Both the position numbers and the translations under genes were made by a program. The notes below the pieces were generated by a model. The model searched no databases, was not told where the DNA came from, and saw nothing but the letters and a program-made list of their open reading frames with translations. A stretch of 64,000 nt of DNA from Candidatus Latescibacterota bacterium (GTDB taxonomy: Bacteria > Latescibacterota > UBA2968): the NCBI GenBank assembly GCA_965198115.1, contig OZ240241.1, positions 5,440,001 through 5,504,000 of the forward strand, read 5' to 3'. This document shows positions 21,858 through 31,708 of the stretch, in pieces; the first letter of the stretch is position 1, and every line of letters starts with the position of its first letter.

Positions 21858-22295
21858 CTACTCGCACCGCAGCGCCTCAACTGGATTCGAGCTCGCTGCC
21901 CGGATCGCGTGGAAGCTGACTACCAGCAGGGCTAGCACGAACGCCCCAACGATGCCGACAAGATAGGGGACAGGGCCTTGGTTTGTCCTGTAGGCGAAGC
22001 CCTGGAGCCACTTCTCCATAAACCAGTAGGCAACGGGCAGCGCAACGACACTGGCGATCAGGACCCCACGCATCAGCTGACTCGAGATAAGCCGACAGAT
22101 ACTCGCCTCGGACGCACCGAGGGCTTTGCGGATTCCGATCTCTTTCGTTTTGCTCCTGACCAGGTAAGCGGCAAGACCGAGCAGACCCAGGCCTGCAATG
22201 AAGATTGCCAGGGCGGAAAACACGAAGAGACTTCTGGCAAACCTCCTCTCCTGCTGATAGAGTTCTGCCAGATTCTCGTCCACAAAGGAATAGCT
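21858..22295 (-). pseudogene. C-terminal remnant of a MacB/FtsX-like ABC permease
   Basis: YSFVDENLAELY...KTKEIGIRKALGAS...WLQGFAYR...NPVEALRCE; upstream roughly 650 aa absent. Confidence 0.85.
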
Positions 22296-22321
22296 TGCGG
22301 ATTAGATTCCCCACGGGCGGG

Positions 22322-22368
22322 AGCCCTCGACAGAAAAGAGAAAGCCACCGTCTGATCTCAGACGGCGG
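22322..22368 (-). terminator. Hairpin/terminator
   Basis: AGCCGCCGTCTGA-GA-TCAGACGGTGGCT followed by TTCTCTTTT on the minus strand. Confidence 0.55.
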
Positions 22369-22577
22369 CTCCTGGATAACTCCGCTGGCTACAATTACAA
22401 ATGGGTTCAGCAAGATTTCTCACTGTGGCAATCTTGAGAAAAATCGCTTACAGACACCTGCAGGATTGCCCGGAACTTTACTCGTTGTATTTGCTAAAGA
22501 TATGAAGAAAGGGGGCCAGGAAATCCGGCCCCCTCTTTCAAGAAGGTACGAAGGCCGCCCCAGAAACGCCAACAGAA

Positions 22578-23214
22578 GTCATGACCTCCGGCAAAGCCGG
22601 AGGCTTGAAAACTTGTGAACCGCTCAAAGCGGTTGGAAACCAAGCGCCACCTAAAGGTGGCGATTACCTGAAAATGTTGAGCTGGTCGAGACGCCGGTCC
22701 TCCCGCTCCTGGTTCTGGATATACTCCCGAACCGTCTGTTCATCCTTGCCAACGGTGGAGACCCAGTAGCCTCTTGCCCAGAAATGCTGCCCGGTGAAGT
22801 TCGACCTGCGTCCCAGATAGTTCCGAGCAATGTGAATCGCACTCTTTCCTTTGATGAACCCTACCGTCTGAGCTACTGAGTGCTTCGGCGGGATCGAAAT
22901 CAGCGTGTGCACATGGTCGGATCGCAGGTGACCCTCTTCCACACGGCATTCCTTCTGTGCGGCCAGATCCCGAATCACCTCGCCCAGATAGCGACGAATT
23001 TCACCATACAACACTTTTCTACGATACTTCCGAACCCAAACAACGTCATACTTGCACTCCCAAACCGTGTGACGTAGACTCCTTACGTTGTTCATTAGAG
23101 AGCCTTCCTTCCGTGTGCTTTGAGCGGTCCACGGCAAGGGAGGCTCTTACATATTTCTGGAACTGTCAAACTCTGGGAGTCTCCCCGGCAGAGCCGGGGG
23201 CTTACCAAGGTTTA
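22578..23214 (-). mobile_element. IS200/IS605-family element (tnpA only), copy 1 of a head-to-tail dimer
   Basis: Subterminal hairpins CCTCCGGCAAAGCCGGAGG and CCCCGGCAGAGCCGGGG; 637-bp unit repeated immediately. Confidence 0.9.
22664..23095 (-). CDS. tnpA: IS200 Y1 HUH transposase
   Basis: HTVWECKY..VW..KYRRK, DHVH, GFIKGKSA, FWARGY.VSTVG, YIQNQ. Confidence 0.92.
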   Translation of the reverse strand: MNNVRSLRHTVWECKYDVVWVRKYRRKVLYGEIRRYLGEVIRDLAAQKECRVEEGHLRSDHVHTLISIPPKHSVAQTVGFIKGKSAIHIARNYLGRRSNFTGQHFWARGYWVSTVGKDEQTVREYIQNQEREDRRLDQLNIFR

Positions 23215-23852
23215 GTCATGACCTCCGGCAAAGCCGGAGGCTTGAAAACTTGTGAACCGCTCAAAGCGGTTGGAAACCAAGCGCCACCTAAAGGTGGCGA
23301 TTACCTGAAAATGTTGAGCTGGTCGAGACGCCGGTCCTCCCGCTCCTGGTTCTGGATATACTCCCGAACCGTCTGTTCATCCTTGCCAACGGTGGAGACC
23401 CAGTAGCCTCTTGCCCAGAAATGCTGCCCGGTGAAGTTCGACCTGCGTCCCAGATAGTTCCGAGCAATGTGAATCGCACTCTTTCCTTTGATGAACCCTA
23501 CCGTCTGAGCTACTGAGTGCTTCGGCGGGATCGAAATCAGCATGTGCACATGGTCGGATCGCAGGTGACCCTCTTCCACACGGCATTCCTTCTGTGCGGC
23601 CAGATCCCGAATCACCTCGCCCAGATAGCGACGAATTTCACCATACAACACTTTTCTACGATACTTCCGAACCCAAACAACGTCATACTTGCTCCTCCCA
23701 TACCGTGTGACGTAGACTCCTTACGTTGTTCATTAGAGAGCCTTCCTTCCGTGTGCTTTGAGCGGTCCACGGCAAGGGAGGCTCTTACATATTTCTGGAA
23801 CTGTCAAACTCTGGGAGTCTCCCCGGCAGAGCCGGGGGCTTACCAAGGTTTA
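23215..23852 (-). mobile_element. IS200/IS605-family element, copy 2 (tnpA frameshifted near 23690-23700)
   Basis: 638-bp near-identical copy; CTTGCTCCTCCCATACC versus CTTGCACTCCCAAACC in copy 1. Confidence 0.9.
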
Positions 23853-25690
23853 GTTACACAGAGGAAGACGGTATCTGGCCTGGCATGGTGGAACACCTCT
23901 GGCTGGAACGGGACGGACGCTTGGGCTACACGACGAGGGCGGGCCTGACAGGCAGTTTGACAACGGACCAGGACGCCCCCGAGACCAGCTTCCAAGTCGC
24001 TCCGACTGACGTTGGTTCCTCTGGTAACATCCAGTTGACGTGGTCCGGTCGCGACCTGTGGGACGTCACCCCGCAAGAGAAGGTCCGTTACCAGCACCGT
24101 CTGGACGATGGCGACTGGTCACCCTGGACGACCCAGGATGGTGCCACCCTCACATCTCTATCGCCGGGAAAACACCGCATTGAATTACGGGCTGCCGATC
24201 ACGAACTCAACGTGGACCCGACACCAGCCGTCCACGCCTTCGTGGTCGAATCCCCTTGGTGGCGCAATCCCATCGTGGCGGGTCCTGGCCTGCTGCTCGT
24301 CGTCGCTGTGCTCTTCCAGTCCGTCCGTGTTGTGCAGGCCAAGCGGAGGCTACAGGACTCGGTGGAGGCCCTATCAGCGGCGAACCACGATCTGTTCGAA
24401 GTAAACCAGGCTCTCCAGCGTGACAGAGCAGTCGAGCGGATTCGCGCAGAAGTTCAGTCGATGGATGAGGCCGAGGATTTCGAGAAAGTCCTCGCGTTAC
24501 TGACGACGGACCTCAAGGAAGTCGGCCTGGCCTTCCAGGCGTGTGAAATCGACGTTCTGGAGGAGCCTGTCGAACATCCCACAATGCGATTTTTTGAGGA
24601 AAGAGGGTTCCGTTATACAACCTACACATTAAACCCAGACGGCCACGTGGCTTCTGAAACGTTCGCTGTAGCTGCACCATTTCCCGCAGTGAATCGGCAG
24701 ACGCTCGAACGGTTCATCGCAGGAGAACCGTGGCAGGGCACGAGTGAAGGCCAGGCGATCGTGGAAGTGCCCGCAGGTGGCTATGGCCGCCTGCGTCTTA
24801 CAGCCGCCAATCGCGACAATTTTTCGGAGGACGAAGTAGCCACGCTTCGCGAATTTGCGGGCGCCGTTTCCCTGGGCTATGCACGCTATCTGGACATCCG
24901 TGAAATCCAGGTTCAAACAGAGCGGAAATCGGCGATGCTTGCCAGCATGTCTCACGAGCTCCGCACACCGATGAATGCAATAAAGGGCTTCACGAATCTG
25001 GTGCTTGGTCGACGCTCCGAGAACCTCAACGATCGGCAACGTGAGAACCTCAGCAAAGTGTCCCAAGCCTCTGACCATCTCCTCGCGATGATCAACGATC
25101 TTCTCGACCTGTCGAAGATCGAGGCGGGCAGGATGGACGTGAACCCCGAACGGTTCGACGTAACGGAACTGGTCACGTCGGCGTGCGACACGGTCAGCCC
25201 CCTGATACAGGAAGGCGTGGAGCTGCGGCAGGACGTGCCCGACGACATCGGCGAGGCAAACACCGACAAGGCGCGGCTCCAGCAGATGGTCATCAACCTC
25301 CTGAGCAACGCCATCAAGTTCACTGACAGCGGAACCATTACCGTCACGGCAAGCAGGGGGCAGGGAGCAGGGAGCACGGGGGACCAATCGGGCGCATCGC
25401 GCGTCTCTCCGACTCACGTCTCACGACTCACGTCTCACGACCTTGTGATCTCTGTCTCTGATACGGGCAAAGGCATTCCCGCGGAGGAGCTCCCAACCAT
25501 CTTCGACGAATACCGTCAGGCCGAAGGGTCGGAGAGCAGCGTCCAAAAGGGCACGGGGCTGAGGCTGTCCATAACCAAGAAGTTCGCTGAGTTGCTGGGC
25601 GGGACGATCAGCGTGGAGAGTGAGGTGGGGAAGGGCAGTACGTTCACGGTGCGGGTGCCGGTAGAGCATGAAGCGAAGGAAGCTGAGTAG
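23853..25690 (+). pseudogene. 5'-truncated membrane sensor histidine kinase (propeller remnant, Y_Y_Y, TM, GAF-like, HisKA, HATPase)
   Basis: YTEEDGIW propeller repeat cut by the IS, RYQHRLDDGDWSPW..LSPGKH (Y_Y_Y), PWW + TM, SMSHELRTPMN, NLLSNAIKFT; G2 box reads GTGLRLS. Confidence 0.8.
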
Positions 25691-25763
25691 AAGTCTTGCC
25701 CCAGGTAGGAGCCGTGGAACAGGTTGATGGATTGGGTCGGACAAACCACATCAGGAGGAGAGC

Positions 25764-26183
25764 ATGAGTGCCTTTGAGAACGCCAAGAGATTTTTCGATG
25801 CCTGTGAAGCCCCTGAAGGATGGGAAGGATGCAAGCCCTACGTTGTCGCGGGTGCGACTTTCACCGCGCAAAGCGAGCCCCTGGCTGACGTCGATACGGT
25901 TGAAGCTTATTGCGAGTGGATGGCTGGATTTGGCAAGGTAACAGCACCCGGAGCAACCTACGACCTGCATGCGTCAGCTTACGACGACGCGAGAAAAACA
26001 GCTGTCTTCTTCGCAACCTACCACGCCAAGCATACCGGCGAAGGCGGTCCCGTCCCTCCGACCAACAAGGAAACGAACTCGCACTATGTCTACATATTGA
26101 AGATGAACGAAGAGGACAAAGTCCAGCAGATGACCAAAATCTGGAATGCTCCGTGGGCGATGAAGGAACTCGGGTGGATGTGA
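25764..26183 (+). CDS. SnoaL/NTF2-like (polyketide cyclase-like) protein
   Basis: AGGAGG RBS; AKRFFDACE..GW, HTGEGGPVPPT, YVY......K...MTKIWN. Confidence 0.8.
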   Translation: MSAFENAKRFFDACEAPEGWEGCKPYVVAGATFTAQSEPLADVDTVEAYCEWMAGFGKVTAPGATYDLHASAYDDARKTAVFFATYHAKHTGEGGPVPPTNKETNSHYVYILKMNEEDKVQQMTKIWNAPWAMKELGWM

Positions 26184-26336
26184 TTGGTCGTCAGGCATCC
26201 GGGGACCCAGTGACGTTTGGTTGTTGGGCGGGACGATAGGCGTGGAGAGCGAGGTAGGCAGGCAGCACGTTTACGGTGGGGGTGCCGGTCGAGTACCATA
26301 CGGAAATCTGACGGAACGCAGCAGGAGATATGACCC

Positions 26337-27556
26337 ATGGCACAGTACGATGTGATTACAGTGGGTGGCGGTCTTGCTGGGTCTGCGTTGGCCACGGCTC
26401 TCGCAAGAGATGGCATGAGGGTGCTGGTGCTTGAACGGACGGAGGTCTTCCAGGATCGGGTACGGGGCGAGCAGGTGCATCCTTGGGGGGTCGTTGAGCT
26501 CAAGGAGCTGGGTCTTTACGACCTCCTTCTCGGATCGTGTGGACACGAGCTTCCGTGGCTCGATATGTTCCTCTGGCCCGAACAGATAGCCCACCGGGAC
26601 CTGAGGATTACGACTCCTCAGCAGGCACCCGAGTTTTCGTTCTACCATCCTGCCACTCGCGCAGGCCGCCGAGGAGGCAGGGGCCGAGGTACGACGTGGT
26701 GTGCGTGTTACAGGCGTCGAACCGGGTTCGAACCCGCGCGTCCTGCTGGAAGCAAACGGGAACGGGTCCGAATCCATCGAAGCCCGAATCGTTGTCGGGT
26801 GCGATGGGCGACGCTCCACCGTGCGCACATGGGCCGGTTTCGAGATGCATCAAGATCCTCTGACTCAGTGTATTGCGGGCCTACTTTTCCAGGGTACGGG
26901 TGCTCCCGCAGAGGACACCTCCCACATTGTTATCAATCCACGGCTGGGTCGAGTGACCGCGCTTTTTCCGCAGAGAGATGGTCAGCTGCGTGCCTATCTC
27001 ATCTGGCAGAATGCCGAGGAAATGCGACTTCAGGGTGAAACGGACATCCCTCGCTTTATTGACGAATCTGTGAAAACCGGAGCTCCCGCCGAATGCTATG
27101 AAGGGGCATCTCCGGCCGGGCCCCTGGCCACCTTCGACGCTGTTGATACGTGGGTACCCCCATCCCTATCGTGATGGTGTTGCACTCATCGGTGATGCAG
27201 CCGCTGCCAACGATCCTTCATACGGTGAAGGCCTTTCGCTAACCGTCCGTGACGTCCGGGTCCTCAGAGACAGTCTATTGCGGGAAAACGACTGGGAGAA
27301 AGCAGGCCACGACTACGCATCCGAACACGACCGTCATTACCGCGTCATCCACGAGGTAACACAGCTGCTGACTCAGCTCTTTTTGCAGCGAGGTCCTGCT
27401 GCAGACGAGCGGCGTGCCCGGGCTTTCCCTCTTATCGCACAAGACGAGACTCGCGTTCCCGATCACATCGTGGTCCCGACCTGCCTTTTGACGATTCCGT
27501 GCGTAGCCGATTCTTTGGCGAAGACTGATAATCAAGAAGAAGGATGTTTCGTCTGA
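26337..27556 (+). pseudogene. FAD-dependent monooxygenase, multiple frameshifts and a small deletion
   Basis: DVITVGGGLAG, DRVRGE, VGCDGRRS, GVALIGDAAAANDPSYGEGL distributed over three frames. Confidence 0.85.
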
Positions 27557-27595
27557 TCTTTTTCGCGACGATCAGCGTGGAGAGCGAGGTGGGCA

Positions 27596-27962
27596 ATGGC
27601 CCGAATTCTAGTTATCGATGACGAAACGACGGTCCGTGAGATGCTGACCGACGTCCTCGAAGAGGAGGGGCACGAGGTGACGTGCGCCGAAGACGGGCGT
27701 CGAAGGAATCGCCCAATACAGGAAGGCGCTGCACGATCTCGTCATTACGGACGTTTTTATGCCGGAAAAGTCGGGACTGGAGACAATTCTCGACCTGAAA
27801 GATGAATTTCCTCAGATCAAGATCATAGCGATGTCCGGATGGGACGCGAAGGATGCTGTCGACGTGTTGGCGATGTCGGAAGAGTGGGGTGCGGACGGTG
27901 TGCTGTCAAAGCCGTTCAAGGCCGAGGAAGTGACGAGCAAGATAAGGGCTCTGTTGGGATGA
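27596..27962 (+). pseudogene. Stand-alone response regulator receiver domain, frameshift near 27700
   Basis: MARILVIDDE...AEDG then DLVITDVFMPEKSG...IIAMSG...LSKPF. Confidence 0.85.
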
Positions 27963-28125
27963 CCAGGGCTCTGGGATTGAAAAAGAAGAGAATCGCGGAA
28001 CTGATGGTCGGGACCATCGAAAAGCGAGGGGGGAAAGGGCAGCACGTTTACGGTGCGGGTGCCGGTGGCGTATCGAGAGCGGAAGCGGACCTGAGCGCTT
28101 AAGACACGGTCGCGTGACAAACAGT

Positions 28126-28161
28126 AGCCCCTCTCTCACTCGAGGAAGGGGCCTCTTTTTT
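28126..28161 (+). terminator. Intrinsic terminator ending the kinase-cassette region
   Basis: GCCCCT...AGGGGC hairpin followed by CTCTTTTTT. Confidence 0.55.
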
Positions 28162-29581
28162 GGCTCTATCCGGGTTTCTCAACGGTGAAACTATAGAATG
28201 ACAAGGTCATAGATCGTTCCCTACGCTTGGTTGTGTGTGTAGGACAATCAAAGCGAAGGGGGTGCGACCTATGACCGGGAGCAGATTACTATCGAAACTG
28301 CTGAGATTCAAGGGGTTCCGTGTTGTCAGCTGGTGGTTTGAGGGGAGAAGCTGCTTCGTCATCGCCGTAAAGCCACATAAGAATGGTTGTTGTTGTCCGG
28401 AGTGCGGCCGTCGAGGTAAAATCGTCCGCACAATGCCCCATCCGCGTCGGTGGCGTGACATTCCGGTGTGCGGGTGGAGGGTCTGGCTTCTCTACCATCC
28501 TCGGGAGATTCGGTGTCCTACCCACGGTCGTGTGGTCGAGGAGATTCCGTGGGCGGAGCGGTTCTCTCGGGTGACGTATCGCTTCGAGTATGCCATGCTG
28601 CGCTACTGCCAGACCATGACGCAGAAGGCGGCGTCCGAGTTACTGCGCATCTCTGCCTCGACGCTGTCGGATCTCCTTCACCGATCCATCACGCGGCTTC
28701 GTGAAGGTCATCGTATCCGAGGGCTCAAAACCATCGGGATCGACGAGATCTCCTACGCCAAGCGTCACAGGTACGCCACGCTCGTTTACGATCTGGACCG
28801 CTCCTGCGTGGTGTGGGTTGGCCGCGGCAGGGCGCGTAAAACGATCGATCGGTTCTTCACAGAGGCTCTCAGTCCCTACCGGAGATCCAAGATCGAGTGG
28901 GCCTGCTGCGACATGAGCGAAGCTTACATCGGAGCCATCCAGGAACACTGTCCGAATGCCAAGCTGGTCCTCGATCGCTTTCACATCGTCAAGGCTCTCA
29001 ATGCCGCCGTTGACGAGGTCCGTAAGGACCAGTGGCGTAAAGCTGCCCCGGATGAGCGCAAAGCCATGAAGGGCCTCCGATGGCTCCTCTACCGGCACTC
29101 AGCGACACGCTCCAGAGGGGATACTCGGACACTCAAAGCACTGGAGAAGGCGAACTACCGAATCTATAGAGCCTGGAGACTCAAGGACGAGTTCGAGCAG
29201 TTCTGGGAATACAAAGCGCCCTGGGCTGCCGAACGCTTCCTGAAATGCTGGACGACGTCCGCACTCAGAAGTCGACTTGAACCCCTGCGAAAGTTCGTCA
29301 GGACCCTGCGACAGCACTTCTTCGGCGTCCTCGCATTCGTGAACACGCGACTTACAAACGCCATCGCCGAAGGCCTCAACCGAATCGTCCAAATCGTCAA
29401 GAACCGAGCCAGCGGATTCCGCACACTCGACGCATTCAACGATATGATCTTCCTTACCGTCGGAGACCTAAACATCCCTGAGCAGATTCCGAAGAGGTTC
29501 CGCACACGCTAACCGCGCCCCCATGCCAGGAACCACGGCACCTTCACCCACTTCATCTCGTTGAGAGATCCGGATATAGCC
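28162..29581 (+). mobile_element. ISL3-family insertion sequence
   Basis: IRs GGCTCTATCCGGGTTTCTCAACG / CGTTGAGAGATCCGGATATAGCC; flanks (TCTTTTTT vs ATTAAGTG) show no TSD. Confidence 0.9.
28235..29512 (+). CDS. ISL3-family transposase
   Basis: CPECG zinc finger, IGIDEIS, CDMSEAY, LDRFHIV, TNAIAEGLN. Confidence 0.94.
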   Translation: MCRTIKAKGVRPMTGSRLLSKLLRFKGFRVVSWWFEGRSCFVIAVKPHKNGCCCPECGRRGKIVRTMPHPRRWRDIPVCGWRVWLLYHPREIRCPTHGRVVEEIPWAERFSRVTYRFEYAMLRYCQTMTQKAASELLRISASTLSDLLHRSITRLREGHRIRGLKTIGIDEISYAKRHRYATLVYDLDRSCVVWVGRGRARKTIDRFFTEALSPYRRSKIEWACCDMSEAYIGAIQEHCPNAKLVLDRFHIVKALNAAVDEVRKDQWRKAAPDERKAMKGLRWLLYRHSATRSRGDTRTLKALEKANYRIYRAWRLKDEFEQFWEYKAPWAAERFLKCWTTSALRSRLEPLRKFVRTLRQHFFGVLAFVNTRLTNAIAEGLNRIVQIVKNRASGFRTLDAFNDMIFLTVGDLNIPEQIPKRFRTR

Positions 29582-29582
29582 A

Positions 29583-29744
29583 TTAAGTGACGAAAGCGTC
29601 CGTGTTCGCCACAACGCCGCCTTGACACTCATCAAGATCGGCACCCCGGCCGTCGCAGCCCGAAACGAGCTCACACAGGCGCTCGAAGACGAAAACCGCT
29701 ACGTCCGTGCCCTCTCCCGCCTTGCTCTCGGCCGAACGAAGTAG
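29583..29744 (+). pseudogene. C-terminal remnant of a HEAT-repeat protein
   Basis: LSDESVRVRHNAALTLIKIG...ALEDENRYVRALSRLAL begins directly at the ISL3 right end. Confidence 0.7.
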
Positions 29745-29772
29745 TGCCCAACCCAATCCTCAACTCTCGATC

Positions 29773-30642
29773 TTAAATGACCTGGTCAAGCGCCTTCATA
29801 TACCCGATCGTCCAGCTCAACCCGGCCGCCCGGTCTCCGGCAATGGAAGGAAAGTGTTCCGGATAGAGCTGACCCTTGAAATCGATCTCCTTCAACGCCC
29901 GAAACGTCTCCACCATATCCACTTCCCCCGTCCCGAACGCCACTTCCAGGTAGCCCAACCCTTCCAACCGTTCGCGTACCTCCGCGTCGATCGGATCGCT
30001 CACGCGCGTCACGATATCTCGAATGTGGACCATGAACGTCCGGTCGCCGAATGCCCGCACGGCGGCGCCCAGATCGTCCCCCGCTAACTCCGACTTGCCC
30101 TGGCAGAAAATCACCCCATTCGCCGGGCTGTCGACCTCCTCGAACAGGCGCTCCATCGTCTCCAGGTTCCAAAGGATTCGGTCCGGCCGGTGAAAGTGAT
30201 GGGTTGACACCTTGACGCCCTGTTCCTCCGCCACATCCGTCAACTCTCGATAGTATTCGACGAGCCCCGCCCACAGACATTCCCGCTCCGGCTGACCCTC
30301 GGGCACGACTTCGTTGCTCGAATACAGGTGCAAATAGGGAATCCCTGCTTTGCCCATCGCTCTCACGATGCCCGTCATCACCGCCATCTCCTGACTACGT
30401 GCATCTGTATCCCGAAGCGCAGCCAAACTCGTCCGCGGTGGTCGCAAGGAAGAAAGCGTCACACCTCCTGAGCGATACTTCTCCGCCACACCTACCAAGT
30501 CATCAGCATCCGGTACCTCACCCCCATCCTCCGCCAACTCCGACGCCGAGTGAATGATGTAGTGGACATCCGAATCCGTGCAGAAAGCGATATTCTTCTC
30601 GTAATCCGTCCCGAATGGTGCAAACACGCCGATGTCGAGCAT
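29773..30642 (-). CDS. Sugar phosphate isomerase/mannonate dehydratase-like TIM-barrel protein
   Basis: SPANGVIFCQG, VHIRD, FGTGEVDM, PEHFP. Confidence 0.75.
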   Translation of the reverse strand: MLDIGVFAPFGTDYEKNIAFCTDSDVHYIIHSASELAEDGGEVPDADDLVGVAEKYRSGGVTLSSLRPPRTSLAALRDTDARSQEMAVMTGIVRAMGKAGIPYLHLYSSNEVVPEGQPERECLWAGLVEYYRELTDVAEEQGVKVSTHHFHRPDRILWNLETMERLFEEVDSPANGVIFCQGKSELAGDDLGAAVRAFGDRTFMVHIRDIVTRVSDPIDAEVRERLEGLGYLEVAFGTGEVDMVETFRALKEIDFKGQLYPEHFPSIAGDRAAGLSWTIGYMKALDQVI

Positions 30643-30677
30643 AACAGCCCTCCAATTCTCGATTCTCGATCCTCAGT

Positions 30678-31580
30678 TTAGGCAAGTCGCGCCACTGCCT
30701 CGATGTGGGCCGGCGACAAGCCGCAACACCCCCCGATCCCGTTGATCCCCTCCTCGATCCACTGTTTTCCGTAGTCCGCCAGACTCTCAGGTGTCAACGA
30801 ATCGTCGAATTGCCAGTTCGGCATCTTGAACGTCCCCGAGTCCGGGTACGCGGAAGTTGGGCCGTCAAATGACTTCCGGATGGTCTCGATTGCGTCCGAG
30901 ACGATCGGACTACCCGTGTGCATCACACCGACCGCGGCGACACCTGGGCGATTCGCCACCTGAAGGATCTCCTCGAACGGAATGTCCTGTCCCTGCGCGA
31001 ACGAAAGGAGCGATCCTCCCTCACTCTGTCGCGCGGACAGGCCCGCCCAAACCGGGAGGCCTGTCTCCAGAGCGGCCGTCACGGCCAGCTCGATCCGCTG
31101 GGGCAGATACATCATTTCCAGCAGAATCAGATCGACGCCTTCCTGCGACATAATCGATGCCATCTCACCGAACGTATCGGTCAACTCCTGGACCGAAGCT
31201 GATGGCATGCTTCCGTAGCCTTCCGTCCAATGCGACAGCGACCCCGCCACGGCTACACCCTCCACCCCTGCCCGGTCCCGCGCCCGCTGAACGGTCTCGA
31301 TCGCAGCCCTGTTCACATCGTAGACTCGATCCCAGTATCCCGCCGCCTCCAGCATCGGTCGAGACGACGAAAACGTGTTCGCCGTAACGATGCGGGCCCC
31401 TGCCGCGATATAATCGACGTGAATCTGCTCCAGCACATCCGACTGTTCGAGATTCGCCGTCGCGCTCCAGGACTGCTTGTCCATCGTCACGCCCCGACGC
31501 TCCAGCTCGGTGCCGATGCCGGCGTCGATCACGACCAACTCGTTAGATGCGATGCGTTTTTCTATGGCTTCGTAGGACAT
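30678..31580 (-). CDS. Homocysteine S-methyltransferase family protein
   Basis: DAGIGTELERRG, H.DYIAAGA, TANTF, IGGCCGLSPAHI. Confidence 0.88.
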   Translation of the reverse strand: MSYEAIEKRIASNELVVIDAGIGTELERRGVTMDKQSWSATANLEQSDVLEQIHVDYIAAGARIVTANTFSSSRPMLEAAGYWDRVYDVNRAAIETVQRARDRAGVEGVAVAGSLSHWTEGYGSMPSASVQELTDTFGEMASIMSQEGVDLILLEMMYLPQRIELAVTAALETGLPVWAGLSARQSEGGSLLSFAQGQDIPFEEILQVANRPGVAAVGVMHTGSPIVSDAIETIRKSFDGPTSAYPDSGTFKMPNWQFDDSLTPESLADYGKQWIEEGINGIGGCCGLSPAHIEAVARLA

Positions 31581-31588
31581 GGCTTATC

Positions 31589-31642
31589 CGGTGTTCGGTG
31601 TTCGGTGTTCGGTGTTCGGTGTTCGGTGTTCGGTGTTCGGTG
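31589..31642. repeat. Perfect heptamer tandem repeat (CGGTGTT)7 plus partial unit
   Basis: Seen directly, just upstream of the methyltransferase start codon. Confidence 0.95.
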
Positions 31643-31708
31643 AAAAGAGGAAAGCGAAAGAGCAAGCGCGGGAGCAAATGTTCTATGCTCTATCTTCAAT
31701 ACTCAATG

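Larger units (their letters stand above)
25591..28094 (+). repeat. Four direct copies of the histidine kinase 3'-terminal segment (25591-25670, 26220-26311, 27567-27596, about 27985-28094)
   Basis: Shared GGGACGATCAGCGTGGAGAGYGAGGT..GGCAGYACGTTYACGGTG.GGGTGCCGGT, encoding GGTISVESEVGKGSTFTVRVPV. Confidence 0.85.

Noticed and set aside
25591-28094. CRISPR array or classical integron
   Set aside because: Spacers are gene-sized and repeats are degenerate coding sequence; no cas genes, intI or attC boxes seen.
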